DNA of 47,582 nucleotides from Candidatus Enterosoma sp. (GCA_050874925.1 JBNMLQ010000003.1:1-47582); one strand, 5' to 3'. Shown: positions 21,580-30,511, counted from the stretch's first letter. Program-made: numbers and translations. The notes: generated by a model from the letters alone, not told the origin.

Positions 21580-22893
21580 ATGTCAAAGAAACAGAAATGC
21601 AAAAAAACAATCAAGGAAACGTATGACTTTTCCAAACTGCTTGAATATTGTGACGAGGAAGAGAAGGAAAGGTTTTGTAACAACCTTTCTTCCCATAGCG
21701 TTTCTTCTCTGATCAGGAATCCGGATGCCTTGTCAGAGGAGGAAATTCTGACAGCTTTTCCTAATCTTGTCAGGGATAAGGAAGACGGTCTTCTTTATCG
21801 GTTTGACAAAGAGGAAGATGCTATCGGCAGGACCTTGGAACACTTCCTTGGAGATTTTTATATTTTGGATCCAAGCAGCGCAGCCATCTCCTTTTATCTT
21901 GCCCCTTATCTTAGAAAAAACTTTCTATCCTTGGACCTCTGTGCAGCACCAGGAGGGAAAAGCATCGCTTTGGATATGAGAAGAAAGGATGGCTTGTATC
22001 TATGCAACGACATCTCCAGGGACAGGGCCTTGGAAATCAACAAGAATGCACAGAGGATGCATCTTGACAACATCCTGGTGATGTCCATGGATCCTCTCAA
22101 GATTGAAAAGAAAGAAATATTCGACCTTGTCATTGCCGATGTCCCATGTTCTGGAAGCGGAATGATCAGGAAAGACAAGAAGATGGCATTGGATTATTCC
22201 GATGAGAAGATGGAACGTCTTCTTCCCGTTCAGAAGAACATCTTCGAGAAAGCATATTCCATGGTGAGAAAAGGAGGAATCATCGCTTATTCTACCTGTT
22301 CTCTTTCGATGAAGGAAGATGAAGACCAGGTTGCTCTCTTTTTGAAGAACCATCCGGACTGCACCTTGCTTCCGCTGGAAAAGAAAGCAGGCATGGTCAA
22401 GGGAAAGGATGGATATGGGATTCATATGATTCCAGGCATCTATGATGGGGAAGGAATTTATTTTGCCTTGATTCGAAAGGAAGGAGAAAGCGATGTCGCT
22501 TTGACTCCGTATAGGAAGGCTATCGAATCCGCCCACGCGGATTGCCTTGAACTGCCTTATAGAGGCAACTCCTACTTTGTCTCCCGTTTTTATGAGGAAA
22601 TTTCTGATTTCTCCTATTTGGCGCCAGGGTTGAAAATAAAAGATGATACAGAACATCCGAAGTGCGAATACGATCATTCCTATGGAAAGCTCTGCAAGGA
22701 TCTCCCGGTGATCGGACTTGATAGAAGCCAGGCACTCTCTTTCATCCAGGGCAATGAGCTGAGATGCAAGGATGAGGCTGATGACGGGCTTGTCGTCCTT
22801 GCCTATGGAAAAAGACGGATTGGACTTGGAAAGAAGAGTCAGGGAAAAATCAAAAATTACCTTCCAAAAGGGTTGAGAGGATATCTTTCTTGA
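21580..22893 (+). CDS. RsmF/RsmB (NOL1/NOP2/Sun) RNA m5C methyltransferase
   Basis: LDLCAAPGGKS, ADVPCSGSG, YSTCS, C-terminal IKNYLPKGLR (RsmF/YebU-type). Start estimated at MSKKQK. Confidence 0.9.
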   Translation: MSKKQKCKKTIKETYDFSKLLEYCDEEEKERFCNNLSSHSVSSLIRNPDALSEEEILTAFPNLVRDKEDGLLYRFDKEEDAIGRTLEHFLGDFYILDPSSAAISFYLAPYLRKNFLSLDLCAAPGGKSIALDMRRKDGLYLCNDISRDRALEINKNAQRMHLDNILVMSMDPLKIEKKEIFDLVIADVPCSGSGMIRKDKKMALDYSDEKMERLLPVQKNIFEKAYSMVRKGGIIAYSTCSLSMKEDEDQVALFLKNHPDCTLLPLEKKAGMVKGKDGYGIHMIPGIYDGEGIYFALIRKEGESDVALTPYRKAIESAHADCLELPYRGNSYFVSRFYEEISDFSYLAPGLKIKDDTEHPKCEYDHSYGKLCKDLPVIGLDRSQALSFIQGNELRCKDEADDGLVVLAYGKRRIGLGKKSQGKIKNYLPKGLRGYLS

Positions 22894-22986
22894 CAAAACA
22901 ATAAATATGTAATTCATCATTATGCTTGTCATTTAAAATGAAATGTAATAACATATACGCGTTCTTTCAAGGAGGCGTGTTTGATT

Positions 22987-23745
22987 ATGCCAAAAAAGAA
23001 AGTCGTTCTCATCAAGATGATCTATGTTGCAATGTTCTCTGCTCTTTGTTTTGCCGGTACCTGTATCAGCATCCCAATCGGTGCATCCAAGGTTCATCTG
23101 GGAAACTTTTTTTGTCTTCTTGCCGGCCTTCTTTGCGGCGGTCTTGTCGGTGGACTGTCCGGTGCCATCGGCATGACGCTCAACGACATCGTCTTTGGAT
23201 ATCCTTATGATACGTTCTTAAGGACGATGGTCTTGAAGTTTCTGATGGGATTCATTGTCGGCACCCTCTTCCGCTTCATGCTGAAGCATAAGGCAAATGG
23301 AACTCTTTTTTCCTGGATCAGCACAGCCCTGTTAGGCGGTCTTTTTGCCTATAGCCTTACCATGTTTCTGACGGAGAGCCGAGATAAATATCTATGGACC
23401 ATGGTGTTTTCAGCCATTCTCTTTGGCTTGGTTCTGTTTTCGGCTATCTTCTCCTTCAAGCTCAACAATGTTCTCAAGTGCATATCTTTTTCCATCATCG
23501 TCGCATTATGTGTCAATGTCGTGGGTGAGTTCTATATCCGTATCTTCTTCAATACGCTTGTGCATGACATGATTTATGAGACTGCTCTTGCTACATCGGT
23601 TTCAAAACTTCCTGGTGCTCTCTTCACCAGTGTCGTGAGCATGGTCTTTGTCATTCCTATTTTCTATCCCTTGTATCGTGCAACCTACAAAATCAATAAG
23701 CTGAATGATTTGAAAGAATATATTGAGCCAGCTGAAAATAAATAA
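22987..23745 (+). CDS. ECF transporter S component (longer than usual)
   Basis: VAMFSALCFAGTCISIP..VHLGNFFCLLAGLL.GGLVGGLSGAIGMTLND; substrate unknown. Alternative TTG start at 22981. Confidence 0.82.
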   Translation: MPKKKVVLIKMIYVAMFSALCFAGTCISIPIGASKVHLGNFFCLLAGLLCGGLVGGLSGAIGMTLNDIVFGYPYDTFLRTMVLKFLMGFIVGTLFRFMLKHKANGTLFSWISTALLGGLFAYSLTMFLTESRDKYLWTMVFSAILFGLVLFSAIFSFKLNNVLKCISFSIIVALCVNVVGEFYIRIFFNTLVHDMIYETALATSVSKLPGALFTSVVSMVFVIPIFYPLYRATYKINKLNDLKEYIEPAENK

Positions 23746-23849
23746 AGCGATTTTCTAAGATAAGATAAAAGCGGTTTATGATCTGATGTATGCTCGTTTT
23801 CACCAAGAAAAAAGCCTGATACGAATGTATCAGGCTTATTGAACAAAGA

Positions 23850-23925
23850 TGGTGCCGACTGCCGGACTTGAACCAGCCACCTACTGATTACAAATCAGTT
23901 GCTCTACCGGATGAGCTAAGCCGGC
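23850..23925 (-). tRNA. tRNA-Thr (TGT)
   Basis: Cloverleaf, loop TT-TGT-AA, TTCAA T-loop, CCA end; terminator hairpin at 23808-23838. Confidence 0.96.
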
Positions 23926-23930
23926 ACGTA

Positions 23931-24005
23931 TGGTGAGTGCTACGAGGATCGGACTCGTGACCTCTTCCGTGTGAAGGAAGCGCTCTCCCGCTGAGCTAAG
24001 CACTC
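23931..24005 (-). tRNA. tRNA-Val (CAC), T-loop TCCGATC
   Basis: GAGTGCT/AGCACTC acceptor stem, loop TT-CAC-AC, CCA end; promoter TTGAAG-17-TAAACT at 24049-24021. Confidence 0.94.
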
Positions 24006-24090
24006 ATGAAGAGCCCGTATAGTTTATCATTGAATGGCGGGCACTTCAAGGATTGATTTTGATTTCGATGGAAAAATCAGCTTTTTATCC

Positions 24091-25140
24091 TTATTTGATG
24101 AGTTTTGACAATCGCAGCATGTTTTCGAATTCGGTGATGTTCTTCTCGTATCCGGAGATATCTTCCTTCACGAAATTCTCAAGGTGCGCATCAAAGTCCT
24201 TCTTTTCCAAGGCGTTGTTTTCCAGAATCTCTTTCGAGAGTCTGCTGATGTCACTTGTGACGAAGCCCTGTGTCTTTTCCATGAGCTCCTTTTCTTCCTC
24301 CGATGTCAGCTTGAAATCTTTGAAATATCGTTGGATGAGGAGGAACCTGGTATTGTCATCAGGAATGTGGATTCTAAGAAAATCATCGAACAGTTCGTTT
24401 CCGAATGCCTTTGGATTTATCTTGTCCGGAGCTGATGTCGTGGCGATGAAGAGGACGTTGAGCTTCTTTTTGCGGATTCTTTTGAGCTCGTTCCTGAAAA
24501 GGCGCATGAAGAGGTCACAGGTATCCTTTGAGAAATCATCTTCTCCGTTGGAGAAATAGGGAACTGGTGATTCCATGAAGAGGACGACGTTGTTTTCGTT
24601 CTCGATGGTATCAAAGACTTTCCTGAAGGAATATTCGACGTCCGGGAAGTCTGTCATGCGGAAGTGTTTCAAGGGTTGGAAGAAGTATGCTTTGGCATGA
24701 AGCTCCTTGATCAGAGAGTGTGCGAAGCGGGTTTTTCCGACACCATGCGGGCCATAAAGGAAGAGTCCGTTCTTTTCTCTTTCATAAAGAGTGTTCTCCT
24801 TCCAGGGTTTGATGATGGTGTCTTCAAGGTATTTCTTTTCTTTGTCAAGGCCGATGAAGTCGCTGAAGCCCTGGGTAGGAGTCTCTACTGGAAAGACACC
24901 TTTCTTCTTTGGGTCTCCGCTCATATCAAGATAGGCAAGCGCTTTGTCGTAGTAGTGTTCCTGAAGGTTTTTGTATTCCTGGGCATCCGTGACGTTATAG
25001 GAAATGTCGGCAAGCTGCTTACAGATTTTGCTGGCATTCATCATGTCTTCATAGGCCTGCTGATACTCCTCGTTCGAATAATGCTCGACGGCTGAAGAAT
25101 AGAATTTCATCATTTCAAGTCGAAGTTCGTTGAATTTCAT
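24091..25140 (-). CDS. Classic-clade AAA+ protein with N-terminal MIT-like helical domain and degenerate Walker B
   Basis: FSDFIGLD, GLFLYGPHGVGKT, VLFMES in the Walker B position, VLFIATTSAPDKI, GFVTSDI. Confidence 0.8.
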   Translation of the reverse strand: MKFNELRLEMMKFYSSAVEHYSNEEYQQAYEDMMNASKICKQLADISYNVTDAQEYKNLQEHYYDKALAYLDMSGDPKKKGVFPVETPTQGFSDFIGLDKEKKYLEDTIIKPWKENTLYEREKNGLFLYGPHGVGKTRFAHSLIKELHAKAYFFQPLKHFRMTDFPDVEYSFRKVFDTIENENNVVLFMESPVPYFSNGEDDFSKDTCDLFMRLFRNELKRIRKKKLNVLFIATTSAPDKINPKAFGNELFDDFLRIHIPDDNTRFLLIQRYFKDFKLTSEEEKELMEKTQGFVTSDISRLSKEILENNALEKKDFDAHLENFVKEDISGYEKNITEFENMLRLSKLIK

Positions 25141-25202
25141 ATCTTTCTGCCTCCTGGTATATATATTTTACCTAAATCGATATAGATTGACAATTTTTTC
25201 TC

Positions 25203-26657
25203 TCAGTCAGGATTCTTGCATTCTTCACGTATTTCCTGGAATGCTTTCTTTTGAATGTGGTGTACGATGAAGATATAGGTGATGTCGACCAATGTCCAGC
25301 TGATCGGATAGACGATGAAGAGCCAGAAGACCGTATGGAAGAAAGGCATCGGGAAAAGAACATAGAGGAAGAAGATACGGATGCCGACACAGCCTGAAAT
25401 GGTGACGGCAGCAGGAGCTACGGCATGCTTGAGTCCTCTCAAGTATCCGCTGCAGATGTCCATCACGCCATCCAGACAATAGGTTATGGCCATCAACAGC
25501 AGCCTTTCCTTTCCTGCAGCCAAGGCATTGTCAAGGACGATGCCTTCGCTTTCGGTGACAAAGATGCTGAGCACCTGATAGGGCCAGATACAGCAGATCA
25601 TGGTGCAGATTCCCCATAGAATCAACATCCAGGTCAAAGAATAAAGGAAGACCTTGCGGATGTTCTTGATTTTTCCGGCTCCATAGTTCTGGCTGACGAA
25701 GGCCGTACATCCGATGGCAAAGGCATCGATGAAGGCAAAGATATAATTTTCGATGGTGCTTGAGGCTGCCGATCCTGCAACGATTTCATCGACTGATATC
25801 GGAACGTTGTTGATGGCATAGCCGGTGATGGTATAAAGGGCTGACTGGATCAAGACGTTGGGAAGGGAGAAGCCGAGTTCCTGAATGGCGCTCGGGATAC
25901 CGACCTTCATGATATTCTTGAAGGAAATCATATCCATCTTCAGTTTGGAAAAGCGAAGGACGACAAACCCTTTTTTATAGAATGTCAGCCAAAGGACGAC
26001 CAATATGGCAGAAACGACTTCGCTTAAGACGGTTGCCCAGGCAACGCCTGCAACATCCAGTTCAAAGCCGATGACGAACCAAAAATCAAAGGCGACGTTG
26101 ATGATGCCTGATATCACCAATATATATAAAGGTCTGTTGGAGTCACCCAGGGCTCTGAGGATCTGCGAGCCATAGTTATAGACCATCAGAAAAGGAATGC
26201 CGATGAAATAAATTTGAAGGTAGAGGGTAGACTTTTCCATGATGGAAGCAGGCGTTCCCATCCAGGAGAGCATGATGGAGGACATGAAGTAACCGAAGAC
26301 ACCGACAAGGATTCCTGTCAGAACGGCAAGAATCATGGATGTATGGAGGACTTTGGATGCAGCTTCCTTGTTGTTGGCACCTTTGGCGTGTCCCATGGTG
26401 ACGTTGACACCCAAGGAAAGACAGACAAAGGTGGTCACAAGCATGGTGATGAGAGGCGTGTTGGAGCCGACGGCTGACATGGAGTTGCTTCCACCTCCGA
26501 AGTTGGCCACGGTATAAAGGTCGACGGTCGTATAGAGAAGCTGAAGAATCGTCGTAAAAGCCATCGGCAGACCGAATAATGGAACTTTCCAGAACAGGTT
26601 TCCACTGGTCAAGTCCATTTCCGACAGTTTTTTCTTTTTGGTATCAGATAGTCCCAT
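25203..26657 (-). CDS. MATE family efflux transporter
   Basis: LQLLYTTVD, LRALGDSNRPLY, NVAFDFWFV, VAGVAWAT, SQNYGAG; RBS GAGGAG before MGLSD. Confidence 0.92.
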   Translation of the reverse strand: MGLSDTKKKKLSEMDLTSGNLFWKVPLFGLPMAFTTILQLLYTTVDLYTVANFGGGSNSMSAVGSNTPLITMLVTTFVCLSLGVNVTMGHAKGANNKEAASKVLHTSMILAVLTGILVGVFGYFMSSIMLSWMGTPASIMEKSTLYLQIYFIGIPFLMVYNYGSQILRALGDSNRPLYILVISGIINVAFDFWFVIGFELDVAGVAWATVLSEVVSAILVVLWLTFYKKGFVVLRFSKLKMDMISFKNIMKVGIPSAIQELGFSLPNVLIQSALYTITGYAINNVPISVDEIVAGSAASSTIENYIFAFIDAFAIGCTAFVSQNYGAGKIKNIRKVFLYSLTWMLILWGICTMICCIWPYQVLSIFVTESEGIVLDNALAAGKERLLLMAITYCLDGVMDICSGYLRGLKHAVAPAAVTISGCVGIRIFFLYVLFPMPFFHTVFWLFIVYPISWTLVDITYIFIVHHIQKKAFQEIREECKNPD

Positions 26658-26773
26658 ACATAGATATCTCCTCGAAATAGCAAATGAAAAGTATAGCCCC
26701 TTTTTTCCAGGATGCAACGAAAAAGTGCATTTTTACCCTGTCTATCCTATAATTGAAGAAGGAGAAATGAAAT

Positions 26774-28069
26774 ATGAACCATATTGATAAAATGATGTCT
26801 CTTCTTGGAAAGAGCTATTCGACATTCCATGTCGTAGACAATATCAGGAAAGAACTTCTCGAACATGGCTTTGTCGAACTTGATGAGAAGGAAAACTATG
26901 CCCTGGAAGGTGGAAAAGATTATTTTGTGACCAGGAATTCGACTTCCGTCATCGCTTTCAGGGTGCCTGTGAATCTTAAGGATGCCCACATGCAGATCAC
27001 GGCTACACATAATGATTCTCCGACCTTCAAGATCAAGCCGAATCCGGTGAAGAAATCCTGTGGGCTTCTCCAGCTCAATACGGAACCCTATGGAGGACTC
27101 ATCATCAATACCTGGTTTGATAAGCCCCTTTCCATCGCAGGAAGGGTCTTTGTCCGTCAGGGAAATAAGATATCTTCCCATCTTCTTTGTGTGGACAAGG
27201 ACCTTCTTGTGATTCCGAATGTCTGTATCCATATGAACAGGAATATCAATTCCGGATATAACTATAATGCTTCCGTCGATACGATCCCTGTTCTTGGAAT
27301 GGAGGAAGACTTTGATTTCAATCAGTTTTTGCTCTCAGAGCTTGGCATGAAGGATGGGGAAGTCATCAGTCATGACCTGTATCTATATAATCGGGAAAAG
27401 CCTGCTCTCTTAGGTCTCCATGATGACTTCCTATGCAGTGGAAGAGAGGATGACCTGACGGCAGCTTATTCGGCATTGTTCGGCTTTTTGGAAGCCAAGA
27501 GCGAAGACCATATCTCCGTCTATGCTTCCTTTGACAATGAAGAGGTCGGTTCCCTTACCAAACAGGGCGCCAATTCCACCTTCCTGCAGGACAATCTGAA
27601 GCGTATTCTTTCTGCTTTGGGAAAGCAGGATGAATTCCAAAAGGCAATGGCTCAGTCCATGATGCTCAGCATCGACAATGCCCATGCCAATCATCCGAAT
27701 CATCCTGAGCTTTCTGACAAGACTACGGATGTCAGGCTCAACAACGGCATCGTCATCAAGTTCAATGCCAATCAGTCTTATACATCGGATGGTATCTCTT
27801 CGAGTGTCGTGAAGTATCTCTGCAAGAAGAATGGCTTGAATTATCAGGAATTCACCAATCGCTCTGACCTGCGTGGAGGATCGACGCTCGGAAACCTCTC
27901 CGAAAGCGAAGTCTCCATCACCACCGTCGATATCGGCATCGCCCAGCTTGCCATGCATTCCAGCTATGAGATGCTTGGAAAGAATGACATCGAAAACATG
28001 GTGCTCTTGACAAAGTCCTTCTTCGATAGCAATATTCTCTTTGAAGGACAGGACGTCATCATCGATTGA
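26774..28069 (+). CDS. M18 family (aspartyl) aminopeptidase
   Basis: ATHNDSP, EPYGG, TWFDKPLSIAGRV, FDNEEVGS, DNAHANHPN, GGSTLG, QLAMHS. Confidence 0.94.
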   Translation: MNHIDKMMSLLGKSYSTFHVVDNIRKELLEHGFVELDEKENYALEGGKDYFVTRNSTSVIAFRVPVNLKDAHMQITATHNDSPTFKIKPNPVKKSCGLLQLNTEPYGGLIINTWFDKPLSIAGRVFVRQGNKISSHLLCVDKDLLVIPNVCIHMNRNINSGYNYNASVDTIPVLGMEEDFDFNQFLLSELGMKDGEVISHDLYLYNREKPALLGLHDDFLCSGREDDLTAAYSALFGFLEAKSEDHISVYASFDNEEVGSLTKQGANSTFLQDNLKRILSALGKQDEFQKAMAQSMMLSIDNAHANHPNHPELSDKTTDVRLNNGIVIKFNANQSYTSDGISSSVVKYLCKKNGLNYQEFTNRSDLRGGSTLGNLSESEVSITTVDIGIAQLAMHSSYEMLGKNDIENMVLLTKSFFDSNILFEGQDVIID

Positions 28070-28185
28070 TAAAGAAAAAGTTGCTGTGGATATCAGATTG
28101 AACATCTGAGAAACAGCAACTTTTTTGATGTGCTTTTCGGAAAAACAAATAAAAAAGCCTGCATGATGCAGGCAATTTTCCGATA

Positions 28186-28262
28186 TGGTGGGCCTTAGTG
28201 GGCTCGGACCACCGACCTCCCGCTTATCAAGCGGACGCTCTAACCAACTGAGCTAAAGGCCC
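28186..28262 (-). tRNA. tRNA-Ile (GAT), T-loop TCCGAGC
   Basis: GGGCCTT/AAGGCCC acceptor stem, loop TT-GAT-AA, CCA end; promoter TTGACA-17-TATCAT at 28306-28278; terminator at 28151-28173. Confidence 0.95.
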
Positions 28263-28408
28263 AAATAGGCGAGAATTATGATACTAAATCCAAGCGCTGA
28301 TGTCAACAAGAATTTTCAAACTTGTGGTAAAATGTTGCCAAAGGCCATAAATGATGAGGAAAAGGATTTTATTGCAATAAAAAGGAAATTCGTCAAAAAA
28401 ACGTAAAA

Positions 28409-28474
28409 AGTTAGAAAAAGCTAACTAAAAATATTGCTTTTTCTCTTGTATTATGGCCGTTAGGATTCTAAAAT
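28409..28474 (+). promoter_or_regulatory. Ferredoxin promoter TTGTAT-17-TAAAAT with upstream palindrome AGTTAG-N6-CTAACT
   Basis: Palindrome at 28409-28426, -35 at 28446-28451, -10 at 28469-28474. Confidence 0.55.
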
Positions 28475-28505
28475 GATTCTAGAAGTACATTGGAGGTACA
28501 TGAAA

Positions 28506-28694
28506 ATGACTAAAGTTACTGTTAACAAGGATCTGTGCATCGGTTGCGGTGCCTGCACTGGAATCGCTGCTGATGTTTTCCAGTTTGCCGATGATGGCAA
28601 GGCTGAAGCTGTCGCTCCTGTCACTGCTGACAACGAAGCTTCCGTCGAAGAAGCTGTCGCTGGCTGCCCGGTTCAGGCCATCGAAGCTGAATAA
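28506..28694 (+). CDS. Monocluster [4Fe-4S] ferredoxin
   Basis: CIGCGAC ... CPVQAI; RBS GGAGG. Alternative start at 28500. Confidence 0.95.
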   Translation: MTKVTVNKDLCIGCGACTGIAADVFQFADDGKAEAVAPVTADNEASVEEAVAGCPVQAIEAE

Positions 28695-28712
28695 TTTCAA
28701 CCTTTTGAATTG

Positions 28713-28764
28713 AAAAGCTGTCAGAGAGGTTAGGTCAAAGGCCTGCTTGTCTGGCAGCTTTTTT
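28713..28764. terminator. Bidirectional terminator between ferredoxin and the HEPN-like gene
   Basis: AAAAGCTGTCAGA ... TCTGGCAGCTTTTT. Confidence 0.7.
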
Positions 28765-28768
28765 GCTT

Positions 28769-30277
28769 CTATTTTTGCTTTGGCTTGTTTTCAGCAGGTG
28801 CTTGCGATGGTTGATGCCTGAAAATCGAGCGGACAAAAGCCATGATTTTAGATATAAAGATGAATAATGGATGCTTTTGCTTCTTAAAGGCAACCCTGTA
28901 GATTTGGATTCTTCCGCTGATGTCTTTTATGAGTTCGCCTTGCAGATCTTTTAAATAGAATCCATTGATTTTTAACTGATACTCCTTTGGTAAATCGACG
29001 TCTGCGAGGCAGAAGTTCTTGTGTCGGGTTTTAAAATGCCCAATCTTAATGTTTTGGTTTCCATCGAATACAAAAATCCTAAGACTTTTGCAGACCGTCC
29101 TTCTTGTCCTATTGTCTTTGAAACTAAAGGCATTTATCACCCACTTCATATCTTCAGGATGATAGAGCTTGACTACGTTTTCAAGCGTTCCAGGTATTGT
29201 ATTTTGCAAATTTTGATAGGCTGTCCAGCTTTTAAGGATGCGATGGGGGAATTTCTCTTTTTGCTTGAGTCTCCTATCTATAATTTTATAAGTGATTTTC
29301 ACGAGACGTTGACAATAAGAGTCTAAGATCGATTTGGCAAAATCGTCTATCGCATTCAAGACATGAATGTATTGCCCTTTTTGCCTGAGGCATGCGTCTT
29401 GAAGAATGAACAAAGCTTCAAAAACTTCATCCAATGTGAATGACTTTGTTTTCTTGTCTTTTTTATAGTTATCATACAGACATACGCCATGGCACCACAT
29501 GTTTCTAAGGCTGATCAGTTTGTCTTTGTCCTCTTGACTATTGAAAATCTTGGATGCTTTTTTTGCTGTCTTTTTAAAAGGCTTATACTTTGTTTTTGCC
29601 TGGTCGTTGCTTACGCTGTCTTGTTCAAAACTGAAGAAAATTTTGGATAAGTGGTTTTGTAGCAGTAGATTCATTCTGTCAAGGGCACACTTATTCATCC
29701 CATCCGGATAGGAATAGTCTGGCTTGTAGCTTCTTGCTTTACTTGTATAAGCTTTCGAAATTAAACGGTGGAGAGCATCCATTTCCTTTCCGGACTGTAC
29801 ATGGATGTCACAAATCTTCTGGGTCAACAAAGCACCGATAAAAGCCTCTATGGATAATTTGTTTGCAAGCAATGCCACGATATGGAAGGCTCCATACAAT
29901 GTCAGCTCTCCGTCTTTGGAGATGGAATAAAAAGGCTTGACGATAGATGAAAGCAAGGGAACCATAGTTTCGTCAATGAATATTGGATCTGATGCATATA
30001 GATGGGCATTGTCGTTTCTTATGGAAAGGAAAATGCGCATGAGCTGGCTGAACTGATTCAAATCAAAGGAGGAAAAGCTGGGATAATAAGATAAAATCGA
30101 AGAGAACTGTGCTTGTGTCAATTTGTTTCCGATGATGAGATGAAGGGTTGTTCTGAAGAGCCTATTAATTTCAGCACACACTCCCATGAATGCCGATTTA
30201 CATATAACGATGGAATCTGTGATTATTGAATAGGAATTATGAACAGTCTCTTCCAGATGGAGTATTTTGCATTTCAT
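28769..30277 (-). CDS. Hypothetical 502-aa protein with two RNxxxH (HEPN-type) motifs; putative RNase
   Basis: R87-NDNA-H92 and R258-NMWC-H263, both at ends of predicted helices; basic, AT-rich gene. The ORF is solid, the function is inferred. Confidence 0.65.
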   Translation of the reverse strand: MKCKILHLEETVHNSYSIITDSIVICKSAFMGVCAEINRLFRTTLHLIIGNKLTQAQFSSILSYYPSFSSFDLNQFSQLMRIFLSIRNDNAHLYASDPIFIDETMVPLLSSIVKPFYSISKDGELTLYGAFHIVALLANKLSIEAFIGALLTQKICDIHVQSGKEMDALHRLISKAYTSKARSYKPDYSYPDGMNKCALDRMNLLLQNHLSKIFFSFEQDSVSNDQAKTKYKPFKKTAKKASKIFNSQEDKDKLISLRNMWCHGVCLYDNYKKDKKTKSFTLDEVFEALFILQDACLRQKGQYIHVLNAIDDFAKSILDSYCQRLVKITYKIIDRRLKQKEKFPHRILKSWTAYQNLQNTIPGTLENVVKLYHPEDMKWVINAFSFKDNRTRRTVCKSLRIFVFDGNQNIKIGHFKTRHKNFCLADVDLPKEYQLKINGFYLKDLQGELIKDISGRIQIYRVAFKKQKHPLFIFISKIMAFVRSIFRHQPSQAPAENKPKQK

Positions 30278-30321
30278 TGGACAATGTCCCGGCTTTGTTC
30301 TAAATCTATCCTTTCTGTTTG

Positions 30322-30350
30322 TTGACTATCTTATATTGCTTTTATAGAAT
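30322..30350 (+). promoter_or_regulatory. sigma-A promoter TTGACT-17-TAGAAT, divergent from the HEPN-like gene
   Basis: -35 at 30322-30327, -10 at 30345-30350; no convincing + strand CDS downstream. Confidence 0.75.
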
Positions 30351-30355
30351 AATAG

Positions 30356-30511
30356 CAAGAAGCAACCGCCTAGGGCATTAAGCCCCCTTAGCAGAGATGC
30401 GCTAGATCTCTGCTAATCGAATAACAGCGTTAACGGCTCGCTTCTTATTTTTTATTGTTGCCGTTGTCCTCGTTGTGATTGCGAGGATTACGAACAATAA
30501 GAATAAGAAGC
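30356..30511 (+). ncRNA. Candidate structured non-coding RNA
   Basis: Begins at the predicted TSS; stems 30357-30363/30440-30446, 30373-30376/30382-30385, perfect 11-bp 30388-30398/30406-30416, and a long alternative hairpin 30440-30511. Confidence 0.6.

Noticed and set aside
22000-22932. 310-aa antisense ORF over the RNA methyltransferase (likewise 35766-36548, 37854-38726, 6373-7056, 27431-28105, 42595-43236)
   Set aside because: Shadow ORFs opposite well-supported genes, explained by codon bias; no motifs or RBS.
22890-22975. Riboswitch or BirA-type operator upstream of the ECF S component
   Set aside because: The leader is short and AT-rich; only a loose TGACAA..TTGTCA inverted repeat, with no recognisable aptamer.
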